Source: Paraspadella gotoi (Eukaryota; Animalia; Chaetognatha). Taken from it: a DNA stretch of 64,000 nucleotides. The stretch lies in NCBI GenBank assembly GCA_051294375.1, contig CM119266.1, forward strand, positions 10,193,677 to 10,257,676. Reading direction: 5' to 3'. Shown here piece by piece: positions 42,435 through 55,853 of the stretch. A program made the translations under genes and the position numbers. Position 1 is the first letter of the stretch; each line of letters begins with the position of its first letter. The notes beneath the pieces were generated by a model. It was not told the DNA's origin and did no database searches. It saw nothing but the letters and a program-made list of their open reading frames with translations.

Positions 42435-43263
42435 TCATTCCAACTGACAAACAAAATGCATCGCCGAATGACAAGTTCCGTCATGCCATTTCTTGTTTTC
42501 TTCGACTAAGAGGCCATCCGGTTGGCCAATTTCCCAGTTAAACTTGATAATTTTTCGATCGGAACGAACTTCGTCTTTAGTCGTCCAGTGATGATAATCG
42601 GTGACCCAAAACAAATCTGAAAGATAAGTTAAAAATATCAGAACACAAATTTAAACATTGCAGAGATGAGGGGACGGAAATGCGGGATATAATTTTCATA
42701 ACTTTCACTGATTCTAACCCAGAAAATATCTAACCTGATCTAAGAGGTTTGCCCGCGATCCAAACGCCTGAAAATTCTCTATCCAAATTTTTTTAAAAAA
42801 TTCTTCTTCGTCGTCTTCGGGGATCGCCAGCCGACCTTCGATCTCTTTGCAAACGTTAAGCGCCTTCAGCCAGGTGGCCTCTTGATCCATCCTCTCTACC
42901 CTTTTCTCTTTGCAATAACCTCGGCACTACCCCTTCTTCTCCAGCTCCCTCTCCCCCTTCCGTTCGGAATAAATTGACAGATGTCGCTGTCGAAGAAGAT
43001 GGAAGTTCCGTTGTAGGGTTTGGTGCTGCCGTAGGGTGCTGTGCCCCTGAAGGACGCTGTGCTGTCGTGAAGCTTGTAGGCTCTGGAGGACGAGGTAAGG
43101 GATCCAGTGCACCCGATGGGCACGCTGATGTCTTCAGGTGCGGTTCTGACGCCGTGGGTGGTGGATGGAAGCTTTGAAAGCGAAAAGGCTCGCAGAGAGT
43201 GGCCCCGATGAGGAGGAACGAGGTGAAGACAAAGAAGATGAAGACGGTTTGACCACTAACCAT
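42435..43263 (-). CDS. C-type lectin with Pro/Thr-rich stalk and QPD motif, 2 exons, frameshifted (sequencing error or pseudogene)
   Basis: Exon 43263-42735: signal peptide, mucin-like stalk, ATWLKALNVCKEIEGRLAIPEDDEEE, SGVWIAGK. Exon 42616-42435: FNWEIGQPDGLLVEENKKWHDGTCHSAMHFVCQLE*. Confidence 0.75.
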
Positions 43264-44198
43264 CTTCTTCTTGAAAACTGAACATTTAATTTTTAATTTA
43301 AATTTTTAATTCCGTTTGAAATGACTGAAATCAGGGCGCATTTATTTTATCGATTGAAACGACCGGAGGCGACGGCGAAATAGACAGAAAAAAATGAGAA
43401 TCATCGATCGGTCAATGTTGACTTTGAGATTTCGTCGTCGGGCGATGAAATATGATGCTGGCGTTGATTTATCTGTAATATCTGTCACTCTTCATTTCTA
43501 TGTATTTGTTTGCATAAATCTACGAACGAATGAATGATTGATACCGAGGATAATGATAGCGACATGTCCAGGAGACCCTTTAATTCTTATAAGAGGTCTC
43601 AACTTCATCTCCAGAGCAAGTCGCAGTGTTAATATTTTCTCAATTTGTTAGAATGAATTAATACAAAACCAGTGAAAAAATGTATTCAGAAAAAAAAGAG
43701 GGATTCGAAGAGAATTAAGGATGAAAGGGGAATTTTTCATCGATCGAAGCGGCCAGTTGAGTGATGATTCGTTTATTCGGTCATTGTCTGACATTTAGAT
43801 TTAAGTCTGCGAAATCTAAATTTTCGGTCTGACTGTCGTTCTCTAATTCTGTCTGTCTGCAGTTCAGAATCATTAAATGAATAAATAAATAAACAAAAGA
43901 ATGAAGACTTCGATGAAAAAAGATTGCATAATGAATGAATGAATGAATGNNNNNNNNNNTGAATGAATGAATAAAGGAATGATTGAATGAATAAATTAAT
44001 TAATCAATCAATTAATCAAATAATAATAATAATCGATCGGTAATTTTGATCGAAAAGGATTTCATTCACAGAATTTTCATCCAATAAATTATCCATCCAT
44101 TGTTTTACAACTTTGTTTAAACAAAATAAAAATAGGAAAACAGTTGTTTTTTTTTCATTTTCACTTCTAAATCCTAAACATTCTGAAATCATTTGTAA

Positions 44199-47100
44199 TC
44201 ACTCGCTAATCCCATCGAAACCCCCCGCCCCGTCCGAGTCCGATCCCTCGGCCAACAGTTCCGTCGTCTCCGCAACAACCGAGTCGTCATCTTCCTCCTC
44301 CTCCTCTTCCTCCCCTTCCTCGATCCTCCCCAACGTCCTCGCACCTTCCTCCCTTTCCTCCTCCATCTCTTCCTCTTCCTCCACTCTACCTTCCCCCACC
44401 TTCTCCCCTTCCAACGCAGCCGCCTCCGCCTCCTCCCGCTCCGGATCCTCCACCACCATCGACAGCGCCCTCGGATGATGCGGCGGCGGCGGCGGCGTCG
44501 TCTCTTGGAACGCCTCATTGACGTAGACGTCGACGCCGAAGGGATCCTCGTCGCGGAACGGATCGTCGGAAAAGCGCGGATAATCCTCGTCGTCGTCGTC
44601 GTCGTCGTCAGCTTCGAAGGAATCCTCCAACTCGTCTCCGAGAAAGGCGCCTCTTAAAAGCCTTCGATCTCCCCGCTCGGGTTCCCAATCGTCGATCATT
44701 GAATCCTCACTTAACATCGGCGTCCGTTCGCCCACCTTCTCCTCTTCCTCTTCCTCCTCTTCCTCCCCCTCGGCGGCGAACTTGACCTTCGTCGTCCGCT
44801 CGGCGACGAAGATGTCGGGAAAATCCTCGAGATCCTTGGAGTCGCGAAACTCGCGCGACCAACGGAAGATGGGGGCGAGGAATCGACGGCCGCGTGCCGT
44901 GTCGGGTTTGATCGGGGGTGGGGCGGGTGAAGAGGCGAATGGGGCGACGGGGTTGTCGTCGTTTTCGTCGCTTGAGTTGTTGTTGTTGTTGTTTATATTG
45001 TTAGGAAAATGGACGTTGTCGTCGTTGATTTTGTCGTTGTTGTTGTCGTCGTCCATATCTCGAGACCCATTTCCTGCTTCCTCTTCCTGGACCCTCTCCT
45101 CTTCCTTCTCCGCCTCGATGCCCCCGCTCCGAGACGGCCTTCTCTCGGCGTCGATCCTCAGCGTGCGCCGCACCGCCGTGTGGATGCTGATCTTCCGAAT
45201 CTCCGCCTCCGCCTCCCGCGACGCCCGACCCCGCGCCACGACCGACTTGACGAGGGCGATGACGACGCCGACGAGGACGACGACAATGACGCAGAGAACG
45301 ACGCCGAGGATAACCTGACCCGGCCCTACCGAGGTCAAGAAGCTCTCCTCCACGGCGGCTGAGGCGGCGGCCGCGGCGTAGTCGGCCTCGGGATCGCTCA
45401 AGACGACGGCGGCGGCCAAATCCGCGCGAAAATTTCGATAGGCGTAGTTTTCCGGCGCCGGTGGGAGAGGAATCGGCGCCGGCGCCGCGATGCAACGACC
45501 CTTAACGACGCCGCCGACGGATCTGGCGCCGTATGGGCTTCGATCGTCGTAGAGCGCCGACTTTAGCGGCGTCAATCGAGTTCGTCGCCAGCGCAGATCG
45601 AGGGCGACGTTGGAGAGGCAGCCGGTGAAGTTGAAGAAGCCTCGAAGCGTTGGATGAACGAGCGGAAGGCCACCGACGAGCACCACGCTTAAATCCTTTA
45701 AAATCCTTAAATTCCCCCGCGTCTCTCTCTCGCTCTCGTCCACCTCCAACGACACTTCTCTCGCCTTCTTCGTCAACCGCAACTGGTGATGCTCTCCGTC
45801 CAAGACATCGACGATCGATTTGAGTCGAACTCCTTCTCGTCCCGACTGCACCTCCACCCAGAGTTCCGTCCACTCGTTGAGGTAAACGTGAAGAAAGTCG
45901 GTGTGAGTTCGTCTCGTGGAGGAGGATTCCGCGTAGAGGAGGGATTGCCGCTCGCCGGCGGAAGAGCTGTCCACGCGGAGAATCACCTCGAGCGTCTCCA
46001 ACGGGTCGTCAACTCCTTGTCTTTTTTTTCTTATCGACGAAGCCTTCGGCACGCTCTGCACCACGAAGCTCTTCCCATCAAAAGCGGCGCCGTTATCCTC
46101 CGCGCATGTCGGCCCCGCGAATCCCGTCTTTCCACAGTCGCAGCTGAAGGCCGACCATTTCTCCCGACAAACCCCACCGTTCGCGCACGGAGCGCCGTCG
46201 CAAGGCGCCAGGCAGCCGGGCTTGGCGCCGCTGCCGCCGTCCCGAGCCGTATTTTCCAAGGGAATTTGAAAGTCGTCGAATTTAAGGCCAGAGAGGCAAC
46301 CGATCAGAGGAGGGAGCGTCGAGTTGGTCGCGGATCCGAGAGAGACGCGCACGCGGTCTGCGGGATCCGAAACGTCCAATTTTGGCATCACCGTCGGCGT
46401 CGAATCGCAGTTGACGAACGGATCCGCCGAAAACGTCATAATCTTGTCCCGCGCCAAAACCAGACGACGCTCGTCATCGTTGAGACGAAGCGTCATTTCC
46501 GGTCGACCACGCCTTCGACGGAGGCGGACGCGTTGGAGTCGTCCGTCGTTGAGAGGGCGCGAAGATTCGAGTCGAATCTCAATCGGGCAGTTGGACGAAT
46601 CGACGAGGGCGTTGAGGGTGACGAAGAGCGAATCCCTCTCGAAGTGGAACTGGATAAAGTTGTCGAATTTGTCGCGGGCGTGGAGCAACAGCGCAGCGGC
46701 GGAGAAGCTGCGGAAGGCGAAGGTGACGGAGGCGTCAAAAGGATCGAAAGGGGCGTGGCCGGAGGCGGAGTTGAAGTATTCGACGGCGGGTTGGATGTCT
46801 TTCTTGGAGGGAGTGAGAGTCATCGCGTCATCGTTTAAATTGATTTCGCAATTTCGACCAAAGATTGAAAATTCGTCGAAACACTCGCACCTTGTGAGAA
46901 AGGGCGAAGAAGAGCAAAGTGGTTTAGCGAAAACATATACTTTTACAATTAATGGATAACAAATATGTCAAATGAAGGTGATTTTTGACTTAAATCTCAA
47001 TTGAATTTCACTACCGTTGCCAATGTTTAATAATAACATGCATCGGTAAGTTTAGAGTCTTTGAGATTGTCCATGATATTGTCTCCATCACCGTTTCTCT

Positions 47101-50100
47101 CTGATATATTTTAAAATTAATTTTACAATTAATATAATTTAGAACAAAAAACAACCTTTGACATTCAAATATTGTTCTCACCTGTAATCACCCCACAATT
47201 CCACGCACTTCCCGTTCCGACAGGGCGAGCTCCGACAACCGGCGACGGAGCCCAACATCAAGTCGCCCTTCACCACCGTCCTCGAGTCTCTCGTCAAATT
47301 CCTCAGCGACGCCGAGACACCGTCGACTACCAACGCCTCGACGCTTCCGGCGAATCCGCCCACGATCGCTCGCCCGCCGACAATCCACTCCACGCCCTCG
47401 CTGTCGACCAGTTCCGAGGCGAGGTTAACTCGAAAGAGGGCGTCGCCGCCTCGGAATCGCGCGTCCACGAATTGCCAGTCGCCGTCGTTGAGGATTCGGT
47501 GAGATCGGACGAGGGTTTTGGTGGAAGGGAGTAGGAAGGAGACGAAAAGGCCCTTCTCCACTGAGATCTTAAAATAAAAGTTTAAAAAATATATATATAA
47601 ACAAGGAAACAGAAAAAAATAGAAGTAACCAAGCAAAACAAATATGAGAGAAAACTAAAAAACAATTGCCAATTCTGACAAAAAAACAAAAAAATCTAAT
47701 CAATTCACAAAAACAAAACAATTAACAATAAACATAAACATTAAACAATCTCGACGAAACAAACCTTCAAAACTCTTTCTCCTCGTTCGCTCCTTAATTC
47801 CATCAAATCTCCATCCGGGGAGAAAGTTCTAAACTTAAACGATATTGACCGACTCCCCCTCCGCCCGTCCATTGCAACCGGAATCGCCACCCTCGTTTCC
47901 GGCGATCTCAGCGTCACCCCTTGGTCCGCCTCCATCGTTCGGTCGCCCCAACACCTCAGCGGTCCCAGGGTGACCTTTGCCCTCGATTCTACGCCTTCGC
48001 TCCGCTCGAAAGTCATCCCTAAGACGGGCAGTTTGATGTCATCAAGTGAATCCAGAGTGCCTTCGTCCGAGGTCCAGGTCACGTGATAGGGATCGCCCCT
48101 TTCCCCGTCGTCAGCGTCGCAGTTGCAGCGGACGCGAATATTGGCGCATCTCTCCAGCGAATCGAAACAGCCGCAGGCGCCTTCTGTCGGCGAACCCATC
48201 GAGACGATCCTTCGATCGTCGAGACCCGTAAACCAAGTGCGTTCGCCGAGTAGCAACGGAGCGTCGCTGCACTCGTAAAAGAGATGCTGCTGACAACGAG
48301 ATGATGCATCAACGAGCCTCTCCAGCATCTCGCGACTCATGTCCGCATAGACGACGTCGACGGAAGCCGTCTTGTCTCCGTAGGAGGCCTTTCTGACCCA
48401 CAGACCCGGCGGCACGTTGTTGGGGACGACGGTGACACCGATAGGCTCGTCGCCGCTGTCTCCATCTCCTTCCATCTTGCACGTGACCTGCACCGGGGCG
48501 GCGCCGTCGTCGCCGTCCACGTCGATCAAGTAAGGACCCGAAGTCACGTGACCTCTGGCCCTGAGTTCCTGGCACGACCTTGCGAGTTTGGAGAATTGAC
48601 AGAAGCGGCCGGCGTGGGCGGCGCCGTCGCAAAGGCACTCCGCCCGGCGCCAGTCGGACACGCAACGCCCGCCCTGGAGGCATTTATGGCCAAAGGTGTG
48701 ACAGTGGTCGACGAGCGGGCATCCGTCGAGAGTTGCGCCATGGTTGAAGTGGCTCGTCGAGGTGGGTCGCGTCGTAGTTGTTCGTGGATCGATGTTGACG
48801 CCGTTGACGACGACGTTAGCGACACAGCCGACGAAGCCGCGGCCTGGGCGCCGGTGCTGATCGTTGCCGACGAAGATCGAAGATGTCGGCGGCGTTATTT
48901 TGGCGAAATCGGCGTCGTCGGGAGGAAAACGAACTTCCCTGACGGCGCCGTCGATGCGGAGTCGAAGAGGACGCCTGAGGGTCAGGGAGACGTTGTGCCA
49001 CGCCCCGTCATTAATGGCGACGGCGACGATGTCGTCGCTGATGACGGCGTCGTCCTCGTCATTCTCTTCCTTCCTAGTTCTCAACAACATCCTTGCGTCA
49101 CCCCTGTCGACGATCAACTCGACCATCATCGAAGCCGACACGTTCGCCGCCACGAGAATTCCCGATCCCCAGAAAGTTCGAAAAGCGAGTGAGACGGCGC
49201 CGCCAGATTTACTTCCGGCGTCGACGAGCAGTTCCAGCGCAGCCCTTCCGTCTCTGAAGCTGAGAGGCGTCGACTCGATCGTCCGGCACGCCCCTTCCGG
49301 TTCTCGACAAAAACCGGCTTCGCAGTAACTCGGCGTCTTTCTTCTCGCGGCGCCGTCGTCAAGCGCTTCCGCCACGTTGACGTCGTTGAAAAAGACGTCG
49401 CGAAGGCAACCAACGAAGTTAAGCGCCACGACGCCGCCGATCTCCGCCACGCCGGCGTCCCCGGCGCCGCCGCCGAATCGGACGACGGGATCGAAATGAA
49501 AATGACGCCGCCGTCCGTCTAGTCCGTGCAGGGATCGAAATCCGTCCAATTCTATCTCAAGATGCGCGTGACGGTGGCGCAGCACGACGGAGTGCCACGT
49601 GTCGTCGTCCAGACGACGCCGGGCGCCAAACGACGCCGAAACGAAGACACCGTCGCCAAAGTCAGCGTCTACGCGAAGAACGCCGGCGTGGAGAAGGACC
49701 GCCAAGTGGTTGTGGGCGGGAATGGCGCCGCCAGCGAGGAAGAGGAGCGAAGAGGAGACGCGGGTTTTAAAGTCGAATCGAACGCGGGTCACGCTGGCGT
49801 GGGATTTGGCGTCTGCGGCTGCGGCGTCGGAATCGCCACCCCTGGCGGTCAACTCGACGTGATCGAATCCCGACAGCGTCATCGGCGGCGAATTAAATTC
49901 ACAGAATTGACCGCCTTTAAATTTAGCCTCGAAACAGTCGCAGGTCACGCTATCATAGCGGTTGACGCAGAGGCCGCCGCCGTCGCCACCGCCGCAGAGG
50001 TTGCTGTCTCCGCAGCCGTCGCTGCAGGCTGCGCCGACGCGAGCGCCGCCTCTGACGACGCGGACCTTCATAGCGGAAAAGAATCTGACGCAGCCGAGAA

Positions 50101-50991
50101 TGTGATTGTTTTTTAGTTTTCTGTTGATCTCGTTTTCGCTTTGATCGTTGTTTCTAGCTCCGTCTTTGTTTTCTTTTTCTGGAATCTTTGTTTTTCTTTC
50201 GTTTTCACCTTCTTTGTTTTTGTTTTTTCTTTTTTCTTTTAATATCACTTCTTTTTTCCCATTTTCTTCTCCCTCTTTCCCTATCACAACTTTCACTCTT
50301 CCTCCGCTCCTCCTCAACTGCGCCACAGCCTGGCCGCTCAGCGTCGCCGCGTCCTCAGGGAGACGGTCCAACTTGACGCCGACGAAGCGACGTCGCGGAT
50401 CCAGCGTCAGCGTCACTCGGTGCCACTCGTCGTCGGAGAGTCCTTTTCCGAGACGGAGACGGCGCTGGGTGGCGGTGGCGGCGTCTATGGTCACCAGGAG
50501 ACGCCCTCGACGGAGAGAGAAGCCGACGAGCGCCGGCGCCGTGGAAGGGGCGGGACCGCCCTGACCCGTGTCCGGAAATACGTGGAAAATGGCGCCGGTA
50601 GCGTCCCAAGTGCGGAAAGAAAAATCGAAGGTTGTCGGCGACGTATGAGGGCGTGGCCGATTCTATTTGAGGTTTTAATTAATACATATATGCCACCTTT
50701 AAGATTATGTAATCAATGTTAATTAAAAGACTTAATTTTGTTGTTAATGAAGTGTCAATAACCATCAAAAACACTACGACCACAATAACTACATAAAAAA
50801 CTTACAAGAAATAAAAAAAAGCATATATTATCATAAAATTACTTTCTCCGCCCAGTCACCTGAACCAAAACGACGTACGCGTTTGATCTGGACGTCAACG
50901 TGACGTAATCTTCATTGGCGTTGGTGGCGTTAATGACGTGGAACAGCGTCGCCACCGTCAACGCCGATAAAATGAGTCGCAACGCCTCCAT
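44199..50991 (-). CDS. Axotactin/contactin-associated-protein-like neurexin-superfamily membrane protein (LamG/EGF/fibrinogen-like, TM), 4 exons, ~2035 aa
   Basis: Exons 50991-50860 (signal peptide MEALRLILSALTVATLFHVINA), 50662-47765, 47567-47182 and 46890-44199 join in frame (6108 nt). Repeated LamG motifs (FSFRT..LSDDEWHRV, FDFKT..LDDDTWHSV..FVGCL), EGF repeats, a fibrinogen-like block (SCQELRARGHVTSGPYLIDVDG..CQQHLFYEC..CNCDA), TM segment VILGVVLCVIVVVLVGVVIALV, and an acidic tail. Confidence 0.92.
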
Positions 50992-51477
50992 TTCTTATTA
51001 AAATTCCTTTGATCGAGAGTCATAATCCTCGATCCGCGGTGAACAGCTTGTCAGAGTCTGTCTCTCTCTCTTCTCTCTCCTCTTCTCTCTCTCTCTCCTC
51101 TCTCTCTCTTCTCTCTCTGCTCTCTCGTCTCTCTCTCTCTCTTCGGTTTAGCAGTCATTGGCTCTCTCCGTCATATAAAATAATAATCGAGGGAGAAAAA
51201 GATTAATAGAATTTTTGGCCTGAAGTCACCTTTGGGATTGAGAATCTCGTCTTTCTCTTTCCTCTCTCTCTCTCTCTCTCTTCTCCTCCTCCGCTCTCTC
51301 TTCTCTCTCCTCTCTCTCTCTCTCTCTGTCTGTCAACTTTGGAGTCAATATCTGCGACATTCAAAAAATTGATTGAATCTTCTTTTGCAGACGATCGTAA
51401 AGATCAAAATTTTTTTTTAAAAATTAAAAATGATCTCAAAATTCTCTCTCTCCTCTGCTCTCTTTCTTCTCCTCTCG

Positions 51478-51513
<36 letters not shown>

Positions 51514-53541
51514 CTTTTCTCTCTCTCTTCTCTCTCCCTCTCTCATTCCTCTGAGCCTGCGCTATCTCACTTTGCTCGGTACTGTTCAAAGATTTAACCA
51601 AAACAAATCGCCAAGTCGTTTCAGGCGGCTAACAGTTAATTTGCGACATCAAGTTCTAACTCACTCATTGATATGAATTTTAAATGATGAAAAAGATCGC
51701 TCGTTTATTAAATTACATAACGATACAGTTAAATTTTTATTACAAAAATCGAACAATGTATTTCCCGATGGCGAAGTGCGAAACAAAAGGTATTCGCGCG
51801 AACAGGTTCCGAACCTAAAATCTTTGACATAAAATTTTATTAGGGGGAGGAATTTGTTTTTTTTTAAAAAGGTTTAGATAAAGTTGGAAATAACTGGCGG
51901 TTAAAACTGTTTGAAAGGTGTGCGAATAAATTGTCCTAATTTTTTTTTTCAGAAAAGGAAGGGGAAGGTAATTTTCGTTTTCATATCCGTTTGGATCTTT
52001 TTTTTATTTTTTTTGCTATGGGTTTGGTTTTATGATTTATGTTTATTCGGAGTGATTAACAGGGTGTTGCATAAAAGTTTTCGAAGTCTACTCGGAAATT
52101 GGCTCGGTTTTCACTGTTTTTTTTTTTTTTTTTAATTCCCTTTTTTTATAAATATTTTTAAGGCTCAAATTTCGACACCATTTTTTTTCGTTTTAACGGT
52201 AGACGTGCAAGTATTCTAAATTTAACTCTAAATGTTTATGTTTCCATTCCATGACTTTTTGTGTAAACAAAATCAACGTTGAGCGGGAATTATTACCTCG
52301 AGGGACGAGCTGAGTTTATATCGATTGTCACGGCTGCGAAATTTAATATATTAGGCAATTTGATGTAATAGTCATAATTAGCTATTCAAAAACTTATTTT
52401 TCTTACGCCGACAGTCTGAAAAACAGATTGACGAAAGACAGACATAGGGAAAAACAGACTGACAAAAAGACTCTCAGCCGTGACTCTCAATTTCCTTACA
52501 TTCCTCACTGAGAAAAAAAAAATATTCCAAGACGAACGTTTCCATTAAGAGTAAACGACTTTGGGTGTCGAGAGGATAAAAACGGATTATAAACCAATCA
52601 GGGCCGATCAGGCAGATTAAAAACCAATCAGCATATGTCCCGCCCAGGATGTATTTGCTTCTAGATCCTTATTTAAAAAAAGGATGGAAAGAAGAAAGAA
52701 AAAAAATATTGGTTTTCATCTTTCCCGTTTGATTTCCTGAAATATTTTTTGCCGTATTTTTCCCCTCCAGTATTTGTCACCGAAAAAAAAAAGCAGGATA
52801 ATTTATAAAAAAATATAGAAGATTTGTTTGTATAACAACGAGAAAAGTTCATTAAACTTTTCTTTCAAAAGCTACGACAAAATGAAGCGCGCTCAAAAGT
52901 TCAAAACTCAAATAAATGCATTTGTCAATTGAGAAGGAAAAAATTGCATCCTTTTGGCGATTGGCAAAAGAAAAAGGGGCTCCTCCAAAACATTAAATAG
53001 TTAAAAATTCTTTTGTTGTAAAGTTAAAAGTCAAAGAAAACCTCTATATAATGAGTAAACTATTTTTTTTTCCAAATCTATCAACGAACTTATGTTTTTC
53101 CATCACTTTTGCGTGTCACCAAAGTCATTTTGACTAGAAAATAAAAAAAGAAATAAAAAATTTTCTTTTTGATGTAAATCTACAAACTAAAGACCCGTTT
53201 TTTTTTAAAGCTAGTGCGACAGGGGAAAACCCCCCCAAAAAAGTTTCACCCAATATATTTAATTTTCCCAACTTCCCCCTCACGCACACTCGAGATTCGC
53301 GATATAAAGCGGATAGAAAATATATTCGCATATTTTTAAAATAAAAAGAGATCATTAATCATTAAAATCGGGAGCGAGAAAAATCAAAGGAGATCAATAA
53401 ATAATTTTACGCCGCTCTTATGCAAGACTGGCAGAGAGAGTGTGTGAAAAAAAAAAGGAGAAATTAAAAAAATTATGGCTACATGTATAATCTGTGGGAT
53501 TTCGGGTCTGAGAGAAAGAAAGTAAGTTTTTGAGATCACGG

Positions 53542-53614
<73 letters not shown>

Positions 53615-54049
53615 GTATTGGGTGAGGGTTCCTTCCGTGAACAGGTAACGATCTCGTGAATGATCACACATGCATTGGGAAAATTTTCGAAGAAGCTGAA
53701 AATAATTTGGGCCGACGACGACTTTAATTTATGTNNNNNNNNNNNNNNNNNNNNNNNNNNNNNNNNNNNNNNNNNNNNNNNNNNNNNNNNNNNNNNNNNN
53801 NNNNNNNNNNNNNNNNNNNNNNNNNNNNNNNNNNNNNNNNNNNNNNNNNNNNNNNNNNNNNNNNNNNNNNNNNNNNNNNNNNNNNNNNNNNNNNNNNNNN
53901 NNNNNNNNNNNNNNNNNNNNNNNNNNNNNNNNNNNNNNNNNNNNTTTTTTTTGTTGTTGTTGTTTTGTTTGTTTTTTTTTTCGTCGGAAAAACCTCGAGG
54001 GAATTCCTCAGTTTATGTTCGTCGAACGACGCGACGAAGAGAAAAGGGA

Positions 54050-54180
54050 CGACCGACGTGACGACGAACTACTCACGATCGCCGTGATGACGAACTGGCG
54101 ACGATCGCCGTAATGACGAACTCGCGACGATCGCCGTGACAACAAACTAGCGACGATCGCCGTGAAGAGCTCGCGACGAC
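54050..54180 (+). repeat. ~22-bp tandem repeat (gacgatcgccgtgatgacgaact) downstream of the FBXL16 stop
   Basis: 4-5 degenerate units. Confidence 0.7.
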
Positions 54181-54292
54181 CGAAGAGGAACGATAGAGTT
54201 TAAAATCTAGCCTAAGTCCATCCTCAACTCCATCATTAACCACCAAACCACCTCCACTAACCACCTCCATCCTCCACCCACCAACGCCGTCG

Positions 54293-55797
54293 TCAACCGA
54301 TGATGAGCGTGTTCGGCATGTGATCCCCCAGGAACATCAGCAGCGCGTGCGTCGCTCCCGGACAGTTGGTCAGCTCCAGCTCCTCAAGCTGAATCAGCTG
54401 CACCAGCTGCGACAGGCCCTCAGTCGTCAGCATGCCGCAGCCGGCGATGGACAGCACTCGCAACGACGGCATTCCCAGCAGGTGCTGGATGGAGATGTCG
54501 TGAATTTGGGTGCACCATCTGGAAAAGAAAGACGATGTAACTGGTTAAAAAAAAACTTTTATCAAAATTACATATAATAAATTAGAAATATTCAACAATA
54601 GTTAAAACTGCAGTGAAAAATGATTTTTTTAGAAAAAAAAACAACAACAAAAAATACGTTTCCATACATTTAATATAATATAAATATTATTCGTATATTA
54701 TCAAACAAAAAAAAACAATAAAAAACAGCAGGAGATAATAGTTTAGTATAAAAAAAGACATAATTTTCACTCTGGACTGCCTTCAAAAATGATTCGTCCA
54801 TAAGAAACGAAATATTGGCAAATAAAAATAAAAAATACACTTGTAAATCATACTACGAATTGCTTTATACTAAATAAACTAAGTATCTTTTAAACAAATA
54901 AGTAAACAAAGAAAGAGTGAGCCAATTACAAATAAGCAAGTATTAAACAAACGGTAAATATAAAATAGTTAAATAGGGAACAAAGAAAAAAAAATATTAA
55001 CAGATTAAAAAAATTAACTAACCAACAAATAAGTTGCACTCGCCTGAGAAAAAGTCTTTGGATGGAAGTCATGGCGGCGATGTGTCCGATGCCGACGTCC
55101 GTCACGTGGACGCATCGATCGAGCACCAATTCTTGGAGGGACGCGCCCAAGTCGCACGCCAAGTACTCCAGGGAGGCGTCTGCGGAGATNNNNNNNNNNN
55201 NNNNNNNNNNNNNNNNNNNNNNNNNNNNNNNNNNNNNNNNNNNNNNNNNNNNNNNNNNNNNNNNNNNNNNNNNNNNNNNNNNNNNNNNNNNNNNNNNNNN
55301 NNNNNNNNNNNNNNNNNNNNNNNNNNNNNNNNNNNNNNNNNNNNNNNNNNNNNNNNNNNNNNNNNNNNNNNNNNNNNNNNNNNNNNNNNNNNNNNNNNNN
55401 NNNNNNNNNNNNNNNNNNNNNNNNNNNNNNNNNNNNNNATAAATTGGGTTGACGTGAATACAATTTAAAAAGGGAATTTTTGAGGTGGTAGATATGACCA
55501 AACAAGCCGTCCGACAATTAGCGGCCCCTAAACAAAAGGACTTGGTTTCACTTTTAAAAAAAGGGTCATGGGTTTATCCCAACGTCTTGTCGACGCTCGC
55601 GACTGTAGCAGGTCCAAAGTCCAGAAACCTGCGCGCTACGGAATCATTTTTCACAAAATCAAGAATTAAGGAAAAGTTTCAGAGATTTAAAGAGAGAGAG
55701 AAAGAAAGAAAGACAGTTAAAATAAAGAGGAAAAGATAACAGAAGATTTAATCATTTGAAGAAATATATAGAAAGAGATAAAGAGTCTAAGAGAGAG

Positions 55798-55853
<56 letters not shown>

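Noticed and set aside
45786-46959. Long plus-strand ORFs of 350 and 211 aa (and similar ones at 48548-50116)
   Set aside because: They are antisense shadows of the GC-rich axotactin-like CDS.
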